Assembly: GCA_018780035.1 (NCBI GenBank)
Contig: JADMKE010000014.1
Location: forward strand, 9,271 to 73,270
Direction: 5' to 3'
DNA from: Candidatus Sericytochromatia bacterium
Lineage (GTDB): Bacteria; Cyanobacteriota; Sericytochromatia; UBA7694
DNA length: 64,000 nucleotides
The stretch's first letter is position 1; each line of letters begins with the position of its first letter. Made by a program: the position numbers and the translations under genes. Positions 19,453-28,731 of the stretch are shown here, piece after piece. A model generated the notes under the pieces. It searched no databases. It had not been told where the DNA came from and worked only from the letters and a program-made list of their open reading frames with translations.

Positions 19453-20502
19453 CTAGGCGGTCGTCCGCAAGGGGGTTTCACCAACAGCCGCAGGATGTAA
19501 ATGGCAAGCCACATAGTGGCCACTGCCCGTATCCACAAGCGGGGGCTCAGTGGTTTTACAGACATCCATCACTTCCCAACAGCGGGTGTGGAAACGACAG
19601 CCCGAGGGCGGATTGACCGGGCTGGGAATATCCCCTTCAAGAATGATGCGTTTTTTGCGCTCACTGCCGCGCATGATCACGGGATCGGGCTCGGGCACGG
19701 CAGACATCAGGGCCTGGGTATAGGGGTGTTTGGGATTGGCATAGAGATGTTCATTGCCAGCGAGTTCCACCACTTTGCCCAGATACATCACCGCAACGCG
19801 GTCGCTGATATGGTTGACCGTGCTCAGGTTGTGGGCAATAAAGAGGTAGGTCAGGTTGAACTGAGACTGCAGATCGTTGAGCAGGTTCAGCACCTGGGCC
19901 TGAACGGATACGTCCAAAGCAGAGACTGGCTCGTCGGCAATGATCAGCTTGGGATTGAGCGCCAAGGCACGGGCGATCCCGATACGCTGGCGTTGACCAC
20001 CCGAAAACTCATGGGGGAAACGCTCGGTATAAGAGGGGTTCAGTCCCACACAGTCGAGCAATTCGCGCACACGTTTTTTTAGTTCTTGCGAGGAGGAAAA
20101 CATTTTGTGGACACGCAGGGGCTCCGCAATAATATCACCGACGGTCATACGTGGATCCAGTGAGGCATAGGGGTTCTGAAACACCATCTGCAACTGACGG
20201 CGCATATGGCGCATCTCATTGTTGTTGAGTTGAAGCAGGTCTTTGCCCTGAAAAATGACTTCGCCTTCGGTGGGCTCAATCAGACGCAGGATCAAGCGGC
20301 CAGTGGTGGACTTGCCACAACCAGACTCACCGACCATCCCCAAGGTTTCACCTTCGCGCACGAAGAGGTCGAGACCATCAACGGCTTTGACTGCACCCAC
20401 CTGTTTGGAAAAGAGAATGCCGCGTTTGATTGGGAAATGTTTCTTGAGGCCTTTGACCTCCAGCAGCACCGGGTTTTTGGATTTATCCGTTTTATTGCTC
20501 AT
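19453..20502 (-). CDS. oppF: oligopeptide/dipeptide ABC transporter ATP-binding protein (OppF/DppF type)
   Basis: Walker [10 protein letters not shown], plus signature and Walker B motifs, and the C-terminal oligopeptide-transporter domain. ATGA overlap with the upstream oppD stop. Confidence 0.9.
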   Translation of the reverse strand: MSNKTDKSKNPVLLEVKGLKKHFPIKRGILFSKQVGAVKAVDGLDLFVREGETLGMVGESGCGKSTTGRLILRLIEPTEGEVIFQGKDLLQLNNNEMRHMRRQLQMVFQNPYASLDPRMTVGDIIAEPLRVHKMFSSSQELKKRVRELLDCVGLNPSYTERFPHEFSGGQRQRIGIARALALNPKLIIADEPVSALDVSVQAQVLNLLNDLQSQFNLTYLFIAHNLSTVNHISDRVAVMYLGKVVELAGNEHLYANPKHPYTQALMSAVPEPDPVIMRGSERKKRIILEGDIPSPVNPPSGCRFHTRCWEVMDVCKTTEPPLVDTGSGHYVACHLHPAAVGETPLRTTA

Positions 20503-21494
20503 TGTGCGTCCTCTGCCTTCCATTCATCACGCATCAGACAGCGTGCAAATTGATTCACACCCACGCGAATCAGTTCAGGTTCTTTTTGTCTGCAAATATC
20601 TTTGGCCTCGATACAGCGGGGCGCAAAGCTACAGCCTTTGGGTAATTTGCTCAAACTGGGGGGCTGACCATCAATCGATTCCAGGCGATCCTTGATTTCA
20701 TCCAGACGCGGAATGGATTTGAGCAGACCCAAGGTATAAGGGTGGCTGGGGGTTTTAAACAGGGTAAAGACGTCGGTGGCTTCAACCACCTTGCCCGCAT
20801 ACATGACGCAGACATAGTCACACATCTCTGCAACCACACCCAAATCGTGGGTGATAAAAATAATCCCAGCGTTGTATTTTTCTTTGATTTCCCGCATCAA
20901 ATCGAGAATCTGGGCCTGAATGGTAACGTCCAAAGCCGTTGTGGGCTCGTCGGCAATCAGGAGTTTGGGCTCGCAGGAAAGAGCCATGGCAATGATCCCG
21001 CGCTGGCGCATCCCGCCTGAAAATTGGTGGGGGTATTGGTCCACCCGTTTTTCGGGCTCGGGAATCCCGACTTTGCGCAGCATTTCAATCGCTTTTTTCT
21101 TGGCGGCATCGCGTTCGAGGCCCTGGTGCAACATGATCGCTTCCATGATCTGTTCACCCACGGTGAGAACCGGGTTGAGCGAGGTCATGGGGTCTTGGGA
21201 GATCAGGGCAATTTTATTGCCGCGAATCTTGCGCATATCTTCTTCAGAAAGCGTGAGCAGATCCTGACCTTCGAAGATGATTTTGCCTCTGACGATATTG
21301 CCCTGGGGCTTTGCAATCAGGCGCAAAACCGACATGGAGGTAATACTCTTGCCGCAGCCAGATTCCCCCACCACGCCAACAACTTCACCCCGGCGGACTT
21401 CAAAATCTACGCCGTCTACGGCTTTAACAGTGCCTTCTTCGGTTGTAAAATGGGTTGCTAAGTCGATTACCTTGAGTAGTGCCTCTTGCGCCAC
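20499..21494 (-). CDS. oppD: oligopeptide/dipeptide ABC transporter ATP-binding protein (OppD/DppD type)
   Basis: [18 protein letters not shown]..., LSGGMRQR and [12 protein letters not shown]. Confidence 0.9.
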   Translation of the reverse strand: MAQEALLKVIDLATHFTTEEGTVKAVDGVDFEVRRGEVVGVVGESGCGKSITSMSVLRLIAKPQGNIVRGKIIFEGQDLLTLSEEDMRKIRGNKIALISQDPMTSLNPVLTVGEQIMEAIMLHQGLERDAAKKKAIEMLRKVGIPEPEKRVDQYPHQFSGGMRQRGIIAMALSCEPKLLIADEPTTALDVTIQAQILDLMREIKEKYNAGIIFITHDLGVVAEMCDYVCVMYAGKVVEATDVFTLFKTPSHPYTLGLLKSIPRLDEIKDRLESIDGQPPSLSKLPKGCSFAPRCIEAKDICRQKEPELIRVGVNQFARCLMRDEWKAEDAQ

Positions 21495-21908
21495 ACAGGC
21501 CTCCTTCGTTAAGCGGATCGTTTTTTGTCAGATTGGATTCAGAATCAAGTTCAGAATCAAGCCCCGAGACGGGCGAAAATACTCTATCGAATATTACAGG
21601 ATTTCAGCCCCAATGTCTATTTAGAGGGGGATAGACGGGAGGGTTCTGAGCAAGTTTAATCGTGCGAGAATGCGTCGACAATGGATTCATGCAAAAAGTA
21701 CAGGCTTGAGGTGGGGTCATCTGAATCGGGTTGAAGGAATCCGTGATCTATGGCTAACTCAAATGTAATGCTTTGATGAGCTCAAAAAATCGAACAAATC
21801 TCATATCACCACACAAAACAAAGAATGGAAACAAGCCAATGTGATTCTTTCAAGATAATACCACAGACAAATTCACGCTAAATTTTCAATCTGAGAAAGA
21901 AGTCAACC

Positions 21909-22268
21909 ATGCCAAACACCCCAGAAACCCTGACCCTCGACACCGGCAAGCAATTTGCCCAGGCCTTGGTAACTGGAGATTATGCAAGGGCCCACACCTA
22001 CCTCAGCCAAGTGGCCCAAGCCACTTTTTCGCCAGCTGATCTGGCGCAGCATTACAGCAACATGATTGAATATGGCAGTGGCCCCGGTCAATTAGATGGC
22101 CATGTTCAATACGAGGACATGGCCGACTGGGCCACGCGCCAGCATGGAGACCTCGGCTGGGTATATATCTCCATCAGTGGAGAAGATTTTCTCGAAGCCG
22201 TCACGGTGATCGTCAGCGACGAACAGGGCAGCCCCAAAATCCGGCAAATCGAATGGGGCCGCCCCTAA
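21909..22268 (+). CDS. hypothetical protein
   Basis: A 119-aa ORF with a reasonable start context. No recognisable domain. Confidence 0.5.
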   Translation: MPNTPETLTLDTGKQFAQALVTGDYARAHTYLSQVAQATFSPADLAQHYSNMIEYGSGPGQLDGHVQYEDMADWATRQHGDLGWVYISISGEDFLEAVTVIVSDEQGSPKIRQIEWGRP

Positions 22269-22626
22269 CAATCACAGCCCAATGTGAGTCTAAAGCCAAG
22301 CAGAACCATTTGCCTTGCACTGGTCTTGGCTCTAATCCCGTTTCTAGTCTGGGTTTTGGTTCGGGTTCCTGTCTTCCATCATTTGCCTGAGAGCGTTTCA
22401 GCCGTGTGGTTGCAAGGCCCTGAGAAGAGAGGGCACTAGGAACCCCGCCGTGTCAGGACGACAAAAGGCGGGGTGACTGAAAGCCCGTGCAGCACACGAT
22501 GTGCGAAACGGGCGGCCCGAACGTCAGGGGCTTGGTCCACAGGAACCGCTTCGCCCAGTAAATCACAGGAACCACCTCATCCATACCACTGGAACAGTAT
22601 CGCCCCAAAATGCCCCCTAAAAGGGC

Positions 22627-23466
22627 CTAAAAATAATTGGTAAACCCAATATTGACCCCATGGAACATATCCTGCACCGTACGCTGCAGATCGAGGGTCT
22701 GCCCCGTGGTCGAAGAGACCGCCTGACCGGCCCCAGCTGTGTAAAAGAGATTAAAGCGGTAGCCCGCATTAAAGGCCAAATTGGGATTGATAAACCAGCG
22801 GGTATTGATCTCACTCAGCAGCCCCATGCCTTCGGGCAATGGGGTGGGTGTGCGGGTATTGGGCACATAGACAAATTTATAACTGATCTCACCCAAATCT
22901 GAGATCGGATGTTTGCCTTCGAGGCCAATACCGGCACCGAAATAAGGCGCAGCCTGGGTCAGCAGCAGATTGTTGTAGATCGTATTAAAATAGCTCACAT
23001 AATGGCCACTGAGCACAATATTGTGCTTCCAATCAGCATCGTGCCAGAGTGAGACTTTGGCAAATTGAAAGTCCATCATATACGTCATCAGGCGCACATT
23101 TTGCACAAGTTGATCCATATAGTCAACGGAGAGGCCCAAGCCAAAGATCGTGCCCAAAAAGCCCAGCCCTTCGGGGGTGACAATCCCAAACCAATAATCG
23201 GTATTGAGATTGAGAAGTCCCAAAGACAGCTTGGTATTGGCAAAGGTATCAATGCCACTGCCTTTGAACCACTGGTCAATGCTGTTATTGCCATACCAAT
23301 AGCGCAGGGTAAATTGACCCTTGTACTGGCGATTGCCAAACTCAACCCTGGCGCTGACAGGCTGATTGGAAGGGGGCGCGTCTTCAGCCCAGACCGGTGT
23401 GGTCAGCGCTGTCATCAGAAGCAGAGTGCTGGCAAGGGCTTTTTTCAAGGGATATACCTTTCTCAA
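22627..23466 (-). CDS. outer-membrane beta-barrel (porin-like) protein
   Basis: Signal peptide, then alternating amphipathic strands, ending in ...IGFTNYF (C-terminal F). Confidence 0.7.
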   Translation of the reverse strand: MRKVYPLKKALASTLLLMTALTTPVWAEDAPPSNQPVSARVEFGNRQYKGQFTLRYWYGNNSIDQWFKGSGIDTFANTKLSLGLLNLNTDYWFGIVTPEGLGFLGTIFGLGLSVDYMDQLVQNVRLMTYMMDFQFAKVSLWHDADWKHNIVLSGHYVSYFNTIYNNLLLTQAAPYFGAGIGLEGKHPISDLGEISYKFVYVPNTRTPTPLPEGMGLLSEINTRWFINPNLAFNAGYRFNLFYTAGAGQAVSSTTGQTLDLQRTVQDMFHGVNIGFTNYF

Positions 23467-25676
23467 TCTGTTTTCACAACTTCAAAGGGCTTGCGACTCA
23501 ATGTCGAGAGCTCAGACCAAATCGCCTGATAACCCGGATGGGCATAGGTCACTTTGGCATTTTTCTGGGCGGGTTTGAGCCCTTTGATGGCGGCCACCGA
23601 AACCGTATACAGCTCCCCTTCTTTGAGACGGCCTGAGCTGGTTTGCAGCGGAAAGCTGATCTGGGTCTCTTTGCACCAGGCTTCCCAAATCACCTTGTTG
23701 TCAGGCGGTTGGCCCGCTTCAAGGGTTACACGGTAATATTCAGCACCGGGCACAGGCTCCCAGGCAAAATCGGGGGAAGTGGGAATATTATTGTCCTCTT
23801 CGCCAGCAATTTCAATGCTGTTGGGCGCAGGCAAAAACGTGGCATCCAGGGCCTTTTCATTTTTCTCGCCAATTTCGTAAATATGCTGGTAGAGCAAAGA
23901 ACCGGGCTTTTTCGAGGCCGCAGTAAATTGCAAATGGTAGCTTTGGCCCTTTTCCAACACAGGCAAACGCAAGGAAAAATCGACCACTTCAGCCGCAGAA
24001 GCAGCAGCAGCAGCAGGATCCGGTGCCGCCGCTGGTGAAGCTGAAGCCTTGGTCGTTTTGTCGTCTTCAGCGTCGCTGGCTTTGGCTTTGGCTGTTTTTT
24101 TGGCAGGCAGTGTAAAGAGCAAAACCTCTTGGGGCGGATCATTTTTCGGCACAGAGAGGGCAAGGTAGACCTCTACTCCCCGGTATTCATAACCGCTGGG
24201 CACATTGACTTTGCCTTCGAGCTTAAAATCGCTCAAGACCGAGCGCAGCGTGACCACGGGGTAAACAGAACCATCTTTGAGGGTCTCAGCTTCGGGATCA
24301 CTTTTTTTACCTGTCAAAAGCTCAGTTGCGGCGTTAATCAAATTAAAGGGCCGCTCTTTTTCCTTGGCTTCTTCTTCGTTTTCATCAGCAGCAGGCGGGG
24401 TATTGGGTGCCGCTGAACCCGGCTTAACCGTGGCCTTGGGGGTGGGTTGCACAGGTTTGGGTGTGGCCGCAGGTTTTGCGGAGCCCTCAGAGGTGGGTGC
24501 CGTTGAGGCCTCTGGCGCTGGCGTGCCATCGCCAGTCGGAGAAGCCGGTGCAGCAGGGTCTACCGAAGCAGAGGCCTCAGGCGAAGGGGATTCTTTAAGC
24601 AGATTCTCGACCTTGTCTTCGAGTTCTTTGCGTTTTTCGGGATCGGTACGCGGCTCAGAAGGCAACTTTGGCTCAGCCGTCGGCTCAGAGAAGACCGTGG
24701 TCTTGGATTTGACACTTTTGGCGGTAATTTGAAAATCGTCGCTGATGCCCAATTGCTGAATCACATAATTCTCATCCATCACAAAGGCGGCCAAGACATG
24801 TTTGCCATAGGACAATTCCTGCAATAAAAATTCGCCCAAATCATTGCTCTGGGTCGGAATGCCTGTGGCCTCTCCCCAAAGCGAAGAGGGTGAGACATGG
24901 GCCTGAGAAACGGGGGTATCAGCAGGAGAAAGCACCATACCAGCCATGTCTGTCATATTTTCGCCCTGCAGAGAGGTCAGAGGGATGTCCAATTGGCCTG
25001 TGGCATTGATTTGGGTCAGGGTCAGGGTGCGGTATTGCGGGGCCTGAATTGTAATTGAATGAACCCCTTCGGGCACGTCGTTGATCCAAAATTTGCCCTG
25101 GTTATTGGTGGTGGTGCGGAAGAGATTGCTCTCTTTGCTGCTGGGAGAGGCAACCTGGGCCCCCACTCCCCAGAGCAAACCGATTGTGGGTCCAAGAGCA
25201 GGGTCAAGGACGGGTGCCATGGCTGCGGGCAAAGGGGGTGGCGTTGGCGCGCCCGGAGGGGGCGTGGGAACCGCTCCAGCCGGGGGCGGGCTGGCCGCAG
25301 GCGGCGGGGTGGGTATCGCTGGGGTTATCGGCAGAGGGGGAGGGGGGGTGGCTGCGCCACTATTGGGGGGCGGGGTGGGTACGGGGGGAGAAGACGAACT
25401 TCCGGCTGCCGCAGCTGCGGCAGCCGTATCAGCCACTTGAATCCAGATCGTCGCTTGGTCAATGGCTTCACCCGTCACACTGTCAAAAATCTTACCGCTG
25501 AAGCGAATCTTCTTTAAAGCGCTGCTCTGCGGGGTGGGCCGGGTGGCCAGTTGGGGAATATTGCCAGTATTGGGTATCGGAGCAGTGGTGCTGCCGGGGT
25601 TGCCACAGGCCGAAACGGTCAAAGCGGTAGCCAGGCAGGAAGTGAGAAAATGGAGTCGAATTTTGCTTTGCTTCAT
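23463..25676 (-). CDS. large surface lipoprotein with Pro/Ala/Thr-rich linkers and CarbopepD_reg-like beta-sandwich segments
   Basis: Lipobox LTVSAC after MKQSKIR; the track start at 25721 is 15 codons further upstream. Long PPxP low-complexity runs. 4-nt overlap with the downstream OMP gene. Confidence 0.7.
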   Translation of the reverse strand: MKQSKIRLHFLTSCLATALTVSACGNPGSTTAPIPNTGNIPQLATRPTPQSSALKKIRFSGKIFDSVTGEAIDQATIWIQVADTAAAAAAAGSSSSPPVPTPPPNSGAATPPPPLPITPAIPTPPPAASPPPAGAVPTPPPGAPTPPPLPAAMAPVLDPALGPTIGLLWGVGAQVASPSSKESNLFRTTTNNQGKFWINDVPEGVHSITIQAPQYRTLTLTQINATGQLDIPLTSLQGENMTDMAGMVLSPADTPVSQAHVSPSSLWGEATGIPTQSNDLGEFLLQELSYGKHVLAAFVMDENYVIQQLGISDDFQITAKSVKSKTTVFSEPTAEPKLPSEPRTDPEKRKELEDKVENLLKESPSPEASASVDPAAPASPTGDGTPAPEASTAPTSEGSAKPAATPKPVQPTPKATVKPGSAAPNTPPAADENEEEAKEKERPFNLINAATELLTGKKSDPEAETLKDGSVYPVVTLRSVLSDFKLEGKVNVPSGYEYRGVEVYLALSVPKNDPPQEVLLFTLPAKKTAKAKASDAEDDKTTKASASPAAAPDPAAAAASAAEVVDFSLRLPVLEKGQSYHLQFTAASKKPGSLLYQHIYEIGEKNEKALDATFLPAPNSIEIAGEEDNNIPTSPDFAWEPVPGAEYYRVTLEAGQPPDNKVIWEAWCKETQISFPLQTSSGRLKEGELYTVSVAAIKGLKPAQKNAKVTYAHPGYQAIWSELSTLSRKPFEVVKTD

Positions 25677-25933
25677 GGTTGTTTTCGCTGATATTTTCAA
25701 TAAGGTAATTGAGGTTTTCAATTATTATACCCCATCCCTTCAGCCATAGAACTTTGCAGCAGCTTTCTGCCCGAGCAAAAGTTAAATTAACTTCAAGCCC
25801 TGTTTAGGAAAAGTAAATATTATCTCCGAACAATCGGAACTTTAGCCAAACTTAATATTGACGCGGGCAAGATCCCCAGACCAAGAACTTATAATAAAGA
25901 CATGTTCAGCACTTCAGTGAGGTTTTCACACAA

Positions 25934-26515
25934 ATGACAGATATCTCAAAGCTCCAGACCGGTCAAACTTTCCAGGTCACCAAGTATGGCCTGAAATCCG
26001 GCGCAAAAGATGTCGGCAGCATGACCATGGCCGAGTTGGACAAATTCCAGAACGATTCAAAAAAAGAACTGGCTCAAATAGCTGAAGTCACCAATAGCTT
26101 CACAGATCGCACCTCCAAAAATGGCAAAGTGGATATTCTGATTCAGGGCGAAGGCGGCATCGCTGTGGTCTCTGGACGCAAAGTCAGCTTGGCTGAACTG
26201 GGCAAAGCGGCCCCGGAATATGCTTTGGAACTCAAAAAATTGGATGAAAACGACGATAATTTTATTGAAGAGCACGAACTCTACACCTCCTGGGGTGAGC
26301 GCCTCGGTGGCGCGGCCATTTCAATTGGGGGCGGTGCCGTTTCTGGTGCCGGTATCGGAGCCGGTGTGGGTGCCGCTTTTGCAGGTGTGGGAGCCATCCC
26401 CGGCGCGATCAAAGGCGGCCTGGTAGGTGGAATCGGTGCCGTACTTTGGGAAGGAGGCAAAACAGCCCTGTTTGCCTTCTCTGACGGCTACAATACCCCC
26501 GGATTTATTCGCTAA
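25934..26515 (+). CDS. hypothetical protein with EF-hand-like loop and Gly-zipper C-terminal segment
   Basis: DENDDNFIEEHE fits the 12-residue EF-hand loop pattern. The C-terminus is GGAAISIGGGAVSGAGIGAGVGAAFAGVGAIPG. Confidence 0.55.
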   Translation: MTDISKLQTGQTFQVTKYGLKSGAKDVGSMTMAELDKFQNDSKKELAQIAEVTNSFTDRTSKNGKVDILIQGEGGIAVVSGRKVSLAELGKAAPEYALELKKLDENDDNFIEEHELYTSWGERLGGAAISIGGGAVSGAGIGAGVGAAFAGVGAIPGAIKGGLVGGIGAVLWEGGKTALFAFSDGYNTPGFIR

Positions 26516-26639
26516 ACAAGACAATAGATTTTATTCCCCCACTCAAGTGCAAGGCCCGCTTTTAAAGCGGGCCTTTTCTATGCCGAGATCTTATTACGGG
26601 GGAGATTCTATGGAAAACGGCTGCGAAGCAAGGTCAAAC

Positions 26640-27179
26640 TCAGACCCATTTTTTCAAAGGCTGCCAGGGCTCCAGCAAAACACTGGAATAATCAGCCGCG
26701 TAAGCGGCATAATGTTCAGCCGTCTCTTGGATCATGGCGAGCAGACGTTCATCTACCTCGCGCATGACGCGGGCCGGAGAGCCCATCACCAGGGAATAGG
26801 GAGGAATCACCCGGTTTTCAGGCACCAGGGCCCCGGCGGCAATCACACAGTGATCGCCAATTTGGGCCCCATTCAAGATGGTGGCACGAATGCCCACCAA
26901 GACGTCGTTGCCAATCGTACAGCCGTGGGCCATCACACAATGGCCAAAACTGACCCGCTCACCAACAATCACGGGATAACCTTCCATGGTGTGCAGAATT
27001 GAACCATCCTGAATATTCGAATGGGCCCCAATCACAATTTTGTCGCAGTCACCGCGCAAAACCGATTGAAACCAGACCGAGCTGTGGGCACCCAGGGTGA
27101 TATCGCCCAAGGCAATCACCGAAGGCGCAATAAAAGCGCTCTCGGCGAAGTCAAAGTGATCTGTCAGAATCAAAGTCAC
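26640..27179 (-). CDS. gamma-class carbonic anhydrase family / hexapeptide-repeat protein (PaaY/YrdA-like)
   Basis: Left-handed beta-helix hexapeptide repeats; the H residues of the gamma-CA family are present (VLRGD...HSNIQDGSILH). Confidence 0.85.
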   Translation of the reverse strand: MTLILTDHFDFAESAFIAPSVIALGDITLGAHSSVWFQSVLRGDCDKIVIGAHSNIQDGSILHTMEGYPVIVGERVSFGHCVMAHGCTIGNDVLVGIRATILNGAQIGDHCVIAAGALVPENRVIPPYSLVMGSPARVMREVDERLLAMIQETAEHYAAYAADYSSVLLEPWQPLKKWV

Positions 27180-27184
27180 CGGGA

Positions 27185-28588
27185 CTAAGGTGTCTTACCA
27201 GCAGCAAAAGCAATAATCGCTTTTTTGGTGCCATCCACTACGTGTAAAACGCCATCATTGCCAATCGCCAATTTCTTGGGGGCAGTCAAATCCGCGTGAC
27301 TGAAACTGCGGGTAAAATTGCCCGAGGCATCGTAGCGGAAAATTTTGACTTTGCCACCGGCCACCGCTGCGACGTAGATATCACCGTTGCGGGGGTCAAC
27401 GGCCAGATCGCCAATCGCAGAAAAAAGTTCACCCGTACTGTTTTTGCCTTTGCCATCAAATTCCAGCAGACGGGAGCCATCGGTTTTGGAAAATTTGATC
27501 ACCTTGCCGCTGCCTGCATCGGTGGCATAAATATTCCCACTGGAATCAAGGCCCAAACCGACAGGATTAATATTGGTGGCACCGCTGAAGAGCAATTGGG
27601 TATTGCTGGCGGTCACATCATCGTATTTGATAATACTGAAAGTGGTGGGAGAGGCCAAATAGACCAAACCGCTGGTGGTATCCACAGCGACGTCATTTAA
27701 GATTGTGCTATTGGTAGCGTTCTGAGCCACTTTATAACGCTGCATGAGTTGGCCAGCAGTATTGTGTTTGTACATATTATAACCACTGCTGTCGGGCACA
27801 TTGCTAACGCTCCAGATCACGCCGCCATTGACAGCCGTACCGCTGAGCAAAATCAGAGCATTGTTGTTTTTCTGCTCAGAGAACGTGTCCATCACATTCA
27901 CATCAGTAAAATTGCCGTTGGTCAATTGAAAGTCGCGCACCTGGCGTTTGTAATTGCTAAAGGTGCCACCCGCTTTGTAGTGAGTGACATAGACCCGGCC
28001 ATTTTTAACATCAATCCCATCGGGTTTGTCGAGCGTGCCCAAACTCAAAAAGCCCAGCGACTCATTGCCATAAGGATCAGGGGTCGGAGTGGGTGTGGGA
28101 GTGGCTGTGGCACTCGGATCGGGGGTGGCTGTTGCCGTGGCAGCAGGATCAGGCGTGGCGGTTGGGGTCGCAGCAGGATCAGGGGTCGCAGCAGGATCAG
28201 GGGTCGCACTGAGATCCGTTGAAGTAGGAGTCGGTTCGGGGGTGGCGTTCGGATCCGCTGTTGCATTGGGATCGGGCGTCGGAGCATTGGGATCAGGTTT
28301 GGGAGCGGCAGTAGGTTCACCAGGGGTCACAGCAGGGGCATTGGGGTCAAAATTGTCGTTGGGGTTAAAATTGCTGCTGCCATCGCTGGGAGCCGCATTG
28401 GGATCGTCGATCGGGGTCAAACCACCATTGCCATCAACAGGGGTAATCGGGGTCAGCCCAGAACCCAAACTGCCCGGATTAGTCGTGGTGGGGGGGGGTT
28501 GTTTTTCACCACAACCTATGGTCAAAACCAGAGTCAGAGCCATCAAACTCGAAAAAAGGTGTTTTCTTTGCACCGTACCAAACCCCAC
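27185..28588 (-). CDS. surface lipoprotein with Asp/Pro/Thr/Ala tandem repeats and NHL/beta-propeller-like C-domain; contains C9 homopolymer
   Basis: Lipobox LTIGC. An (ATPDPA)n-type repeat region and a YVT/NHL-like repeat section. A G9 run on the plus strand at 28480..28488 lies inside the codons for ...PPPTTTNPG. Confidence 0.75.
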   Translation of the reverse strand: MGFGTVQRKHLFSSLMALTLVLTIGCGEKQPPPTTTNPGSLGSGLTPITPVDGNGGLTPIDDPNAAPSDGSSNFNPNDNFDPNAPAVTPGEPTAAPKPDPNAPTPDPNATADPNATPEPTPTSTDLSATPDPAATPDPAATPTATPDPAATATATPDPSATATPTPTPTPDPYGNESLGFLSLGTLDKPDGIDVKNGRVYVTHYKAGGTFSNYKRQVRDFQLTNGNFTDVNVMDTFSEQKNNNALILLSGTAVNGGVIWSVSNVPDSSGYNMYKHNTAGQLMQRYKVAQNATNSTILNDVAVDTTSGLVYLASPTTFSIIKYDDVTASNTQLLFSGATNINPVGLGLDSSGNIYATDAGSGKVIKFSKTDGSRLLEFDGKGKNSTGELFSAIGDLAVDPRNGDIYVAAVAGGKVKIFRYDASGNFTRSFSHADLTAPKKLAIGNDGVLHVVDGTKKAIIAFAAGKTP

Positions 28589-28731
28589 ATCATTGTAATA
28601 AGTTTTACGAAAAGCTAAAGCTTTCTCAAGGTGTTATAGCGCATTTATCCCGCCAGGTTGCTTCACCCTGCTTTCAGAATAGACAAATCTCTCTGTGCTT
28701 GTCTATAAAAATCAGGTCTTGCCTGCCGAGA

